From assembly GCA_963674865.2 (NCBI GenBank), contig CAXXYE010000011.1:64001-128000 (forward strand): 64,000 nucleotides of DNA, read 5' to 3'. The translations under genes and the position numbers were made by a program. The first letter of the stretch is position 1. Each line of letters begins with the position of its first letter. Of the stretch, positions 61,690 to 64,000 are shown piece by piece. Source of the DNA: Candidatus Hydrogenedentota bacterium. GTDB taxonomy: Bacteria > Hydrogenedentota > Hydrogenedentia > Hydrogenedentales > SLHB01. The notes under the pieces are model-generated. The model ran no database searches and had not been told where the DNA came from. It saw nothing but the letters and a program-made list of their open reading frames with translations.

Positions 61690-62679
61690 TCAGGGTTCGG
61701 CGGCTTCCGACGAACGTTCCATGAACGTCATCCCGAGAATCGTTATCCCCACGCCGAGTACCAGAAACCAGCTCGGCGGCTCGCCGAACAAGAGCAGCCC
61801 GGCCACGGCACACATGGCCACTTGCGACGCGTTGATCAAATTCACCCGGATCACGGCCGTCGTTTGCAGCCCCCGGGCCAACGCCAGGTAGGCTACCAAA
61901 TTGAAGAAGCCTGCCGCCAGCATAAAGCCCAAGTCGTCGGGGCGAGTCTCAAGCAGTTTGGGCGTTCCCAAGCGGTAGACGCTGAGGGCGCCCATCGCGA
62001 TCATGCCCACCGACGTGGTCACGAACACCACCCATGTCGGCGGAACGGCGGTCGAGACGGCGCGGCGGATCCCGGTCGAGAGCATGGCGTAGCAGACGCC
62101 CGACAGACAGGCGGCCCCGATTCCAAGCGCAACCCAAACCGGGCCGACCATGGCTTGGACTTCGTCGCCGACGGATTGATTCGCCGCCCCAGCCCCCAGA
62201 CCCAACAAGACCATGGCACCGATCAAGAGCCCAATTGCCCCCACCGAGCGTCCGGATACGCGCTCGCCCAGCACGATTCGGCCCAGCACGGCACTGGCAA
62301 CCAGGATGAAGCCGAACACGGTTGGAATCGTGATCGTCAACCCCAGGGTGGCGAAGGCGAATTGGAGGTTGAGATTGCCGCCGAATTGGCCGATCAGACC
62401 GAGCAGAATCAGGAACGCCAACGCTTTTAGGGGGAGGACCATTGTCCGTCCCCTGGCAGTCCGCCAGAGCAGCCAGGGACCGACCAGGACGACCGCTACC
62501 GAAGCCTTCACGCAAGTAACCCAAACGGCGTCGCAATCGACGGCCAATCGGCGCAGGCAGATATTGGCCGCGGTATAGCCGAGTGCGGAGACCAAACAAC
62601 AGGTAGTTCCCAGGAGAGCCGGAGCCAGACGCGGCGTCGCGGTAGGGAGATCGGGGGCAGAAGTCGTCACCCCGTCCAT
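61690..62679 (-). CDS. DMT/EamA family transporter
   Basis: About 10 TM helices in two EamA halves ('LGRIVLGER', 'GLLLFGEP'). Confidence 0.85.
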   Translation of the reverse strand: MDGVTTSAPDLPTATPRLAPALLGTTCCLVSALGYTAANICLRRLAVDCDAVWVTCVKASVAVVLVGPWLLWRTARGRTMVLPLKALAFLILLGLIGQFGGNLNLQFAFATLGLTITIPTVFGFILVASAVLGRIVLGERVSGRSVGAIGLLIGAMVLLGLGAGAANQSVGDEVQAMVGPVWVALGIGAACLSGVCYAMLSTGIRRAVSTAVPPTWVVFVTTSVGMIAMGALSVYRLGTPKLLETRPDDLGFMLAAGFFNLVAYLALARGLQTTAVIRVNLINASQVAMCAVAGLLLFGEPPSWFLVLGVGITILGMTFMERSSEAAEP

Positions 62680-62780
62680 TGTATAGGCAGGCCCGCCCGT
62701 TGGCAACGAGCAGCAATTGGCAGTCGTCAAACCATGTTCCGCCTGCCGTCAACGGCCCGCTGAAAAACGAACGTGCGAAC

Positions 62781-62853
62781 GTGCCACTGTCTTGCCTGCA
62801 AACAGTGCGATTGTTTCCCGGCAGAAGCACGGCTAACAAGTAAGCCGTGGCAC
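62781..62853. repeat. REPIN-like pair (family G, GTGCCAC...GTGGCAC)
   Basis: Two small hairpins, CACTGT..ACAGTG and CACGGCT..AGCCGTG, bounded by inverted GTGCCAC/GTGGCAC. Confidence 0.55.
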
Positions 62854-63074
62854 ACATAACAGGCAAGCTGCTAACGGCCCGCTTGCGTCAAGCGCGCGAA
62901 GCATCCCCTCATACCGGGGGTCAACGTCGGGTTCACCCCCATCTTGTGGAAAGCCCAGACCGTTCAGGCTATCATGATGACAGACAAAGACACCCCTGTC
63001 GCTTGGTGCAGTTGCTCGCTTTCGCTTTCTGCGAGGGCGATCTCTTGAGAGTACTATCCGGAGAAATCGTCCCC

Positions 63075-64000
63075 ATGACTTCCACGATCGCTCGTCACTC
63101 GACGCGAACTCTGCTCGCCGCGGTCCTTGGTACGTTTGTTCTCGCGACTGCCGCACACGCCGCTCAACCGGCCGTCGAAGGGTACGCCGACTATGCCGCG
63201 TACCAGGTGGCCGTCAAGTCGATCGCCAAGAGCAAGCTGGCCACGCTCGATTCGTTGGGCACAACCGAGGGCGGCCGCGACGTCTTCCTGTTGACCATCG
63301 GCACGGGCAAGACCGACGAGAAACCGGCCCTCTTGATCGTGGGCAACGTACACGCGCCGCACCTGCTCGGCAGCGAACTGGCCACCCGGCTTGCCAAGCG
63401 AATCGTCGACGAGGCGTCCAAGGATGCCGAGGCCCGCAAGCTGCTCGACCGGGTTACCATCTACGTCATCCCCCGTCCCGCGCCCGACGCCTCCGAAGCG
63501 TTCTTCCAGAGGCCGCTGGCCGAACGCTCCGTCAACCAGCGACCCGTCGACGACGATGGCGATGGGCAGGTCGACGAAGACGGACCCGACGATCTCAACG
63601 GCGACGGGCTGATCACCATGATCCGGGTGGCAGACACCGGCGGACGGTACATCGCACACCCGGATGACGAGCGCGTTATGATCGAGGCCGACCGCGAGAA
63701 GCACGAAGCCGGCCGCTGGACCCTTTACGTCGAAGGCCGCGACAACGACCGGGATGAGAAGTCCAATGAGGACCCTCCCGGCGGCGTAGATTTCAATCGC
63801 AACTTCACCTTCGCCTATTCATACTTCGGTGCCGGCGCCGGGCCGCATCAGGTCTCGGAAGTTGAAAGCCGAGCGGTGGCCGATTTCGCCTTCTCGCATC
63901 CCAACATTGCGGCCGTGCTGTCTTTCTCGCCCGAAGACAACTTGATGGAGGTCCCGAAAGCGGACGAGTCGGCCGAGGAAGAGAAGATCAAGACTACTTT
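63075..64000 (+). CDS. M14 zinc carboxypeptidase-like protein, exported; runs off the window end
   Basis: Open frame with no stop in the window, so absent from the track: MTSTIARH...LGTTEGGRDV...KPALLIVGNVHAPHLLGSE...DDDGDGQVDEDGPDDLNGDGLITMIR...GGVDFNRNF. Confidence 0.8.
   Translation, partial: MTSTIARHSTRTLLAAVLGTFVLATAAHAAQPAVEGYADYAAYQVAVKSIAKSKLATLDSLGTTEGGRDVFLLTIGTGKTDEKPALLIVGNVHAPHLLGSELATRLAKRIVDEASKDAEARKLLDRVTIYVIPRPAPDASEAFFQRPLAERSVNQRPVDDDGDGQVDEDGPDDLNGDGLITMIRVADTGGRYIAHPDDERVMIEADREKHEAGRWTLYVEGRDNDRDEKSNEDPPGGVDFNRNFTFAYSYFGAGAGPHQVSEVESRAVADFAFSHPNIAAVLSFSPEDNLMEVPKADESAEEEKIKTT

Overview
A GC-rich 64 kb stretch of bacterial chromosome, most likely a Planctomycete (Pirellulales-like). 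The assignment rests on the conserved HTH-excisionase/receiver regulator, HzsA-like proteins, an SHD1 domain, PEP-CTERM and many sulfatases. The window is dominated by exported carbohydrate-active and redox enzymes: GH2, GH51, GH106, GH10-like, sulfatases, SGNH esterases, a FAD oxidoreductase and two HzsA-like di-haem proteins. It also holds a WD40-PDZ-caspase gene, a two-component pair and a UDP-GlcA decarboxylase. About eight genes are broken by small frameshifts clustered in patches, probably long-read consensus errors. I found no rRNA, tRNA, CRISPR array or prophage. Most notable hidden signals: (1) an in-frame UGA that completes a W-U-x-x-C thioredoxin motif and is followed by a SECIS-like hairpin, predicting an exported selenoprotein (redoxin-TPR-DsbD-alpha-like) that the ORF track splits into three; (2) a RAYT-like HUH transposase with at least six REP/REPIN-like palindrome families, one amplified into a tandem array and one lying in frame inside a gene; (3) a highly structured ~150 nt candidate ncRNA; (4) a secreted ~30% Cys repeat protein head-to-head with a double-parvulin foldase; (5) a tandem pair of unknown genes, each built from an internally duplicated domain. 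All family assignments come from motif recognition by eye, not from database searches.
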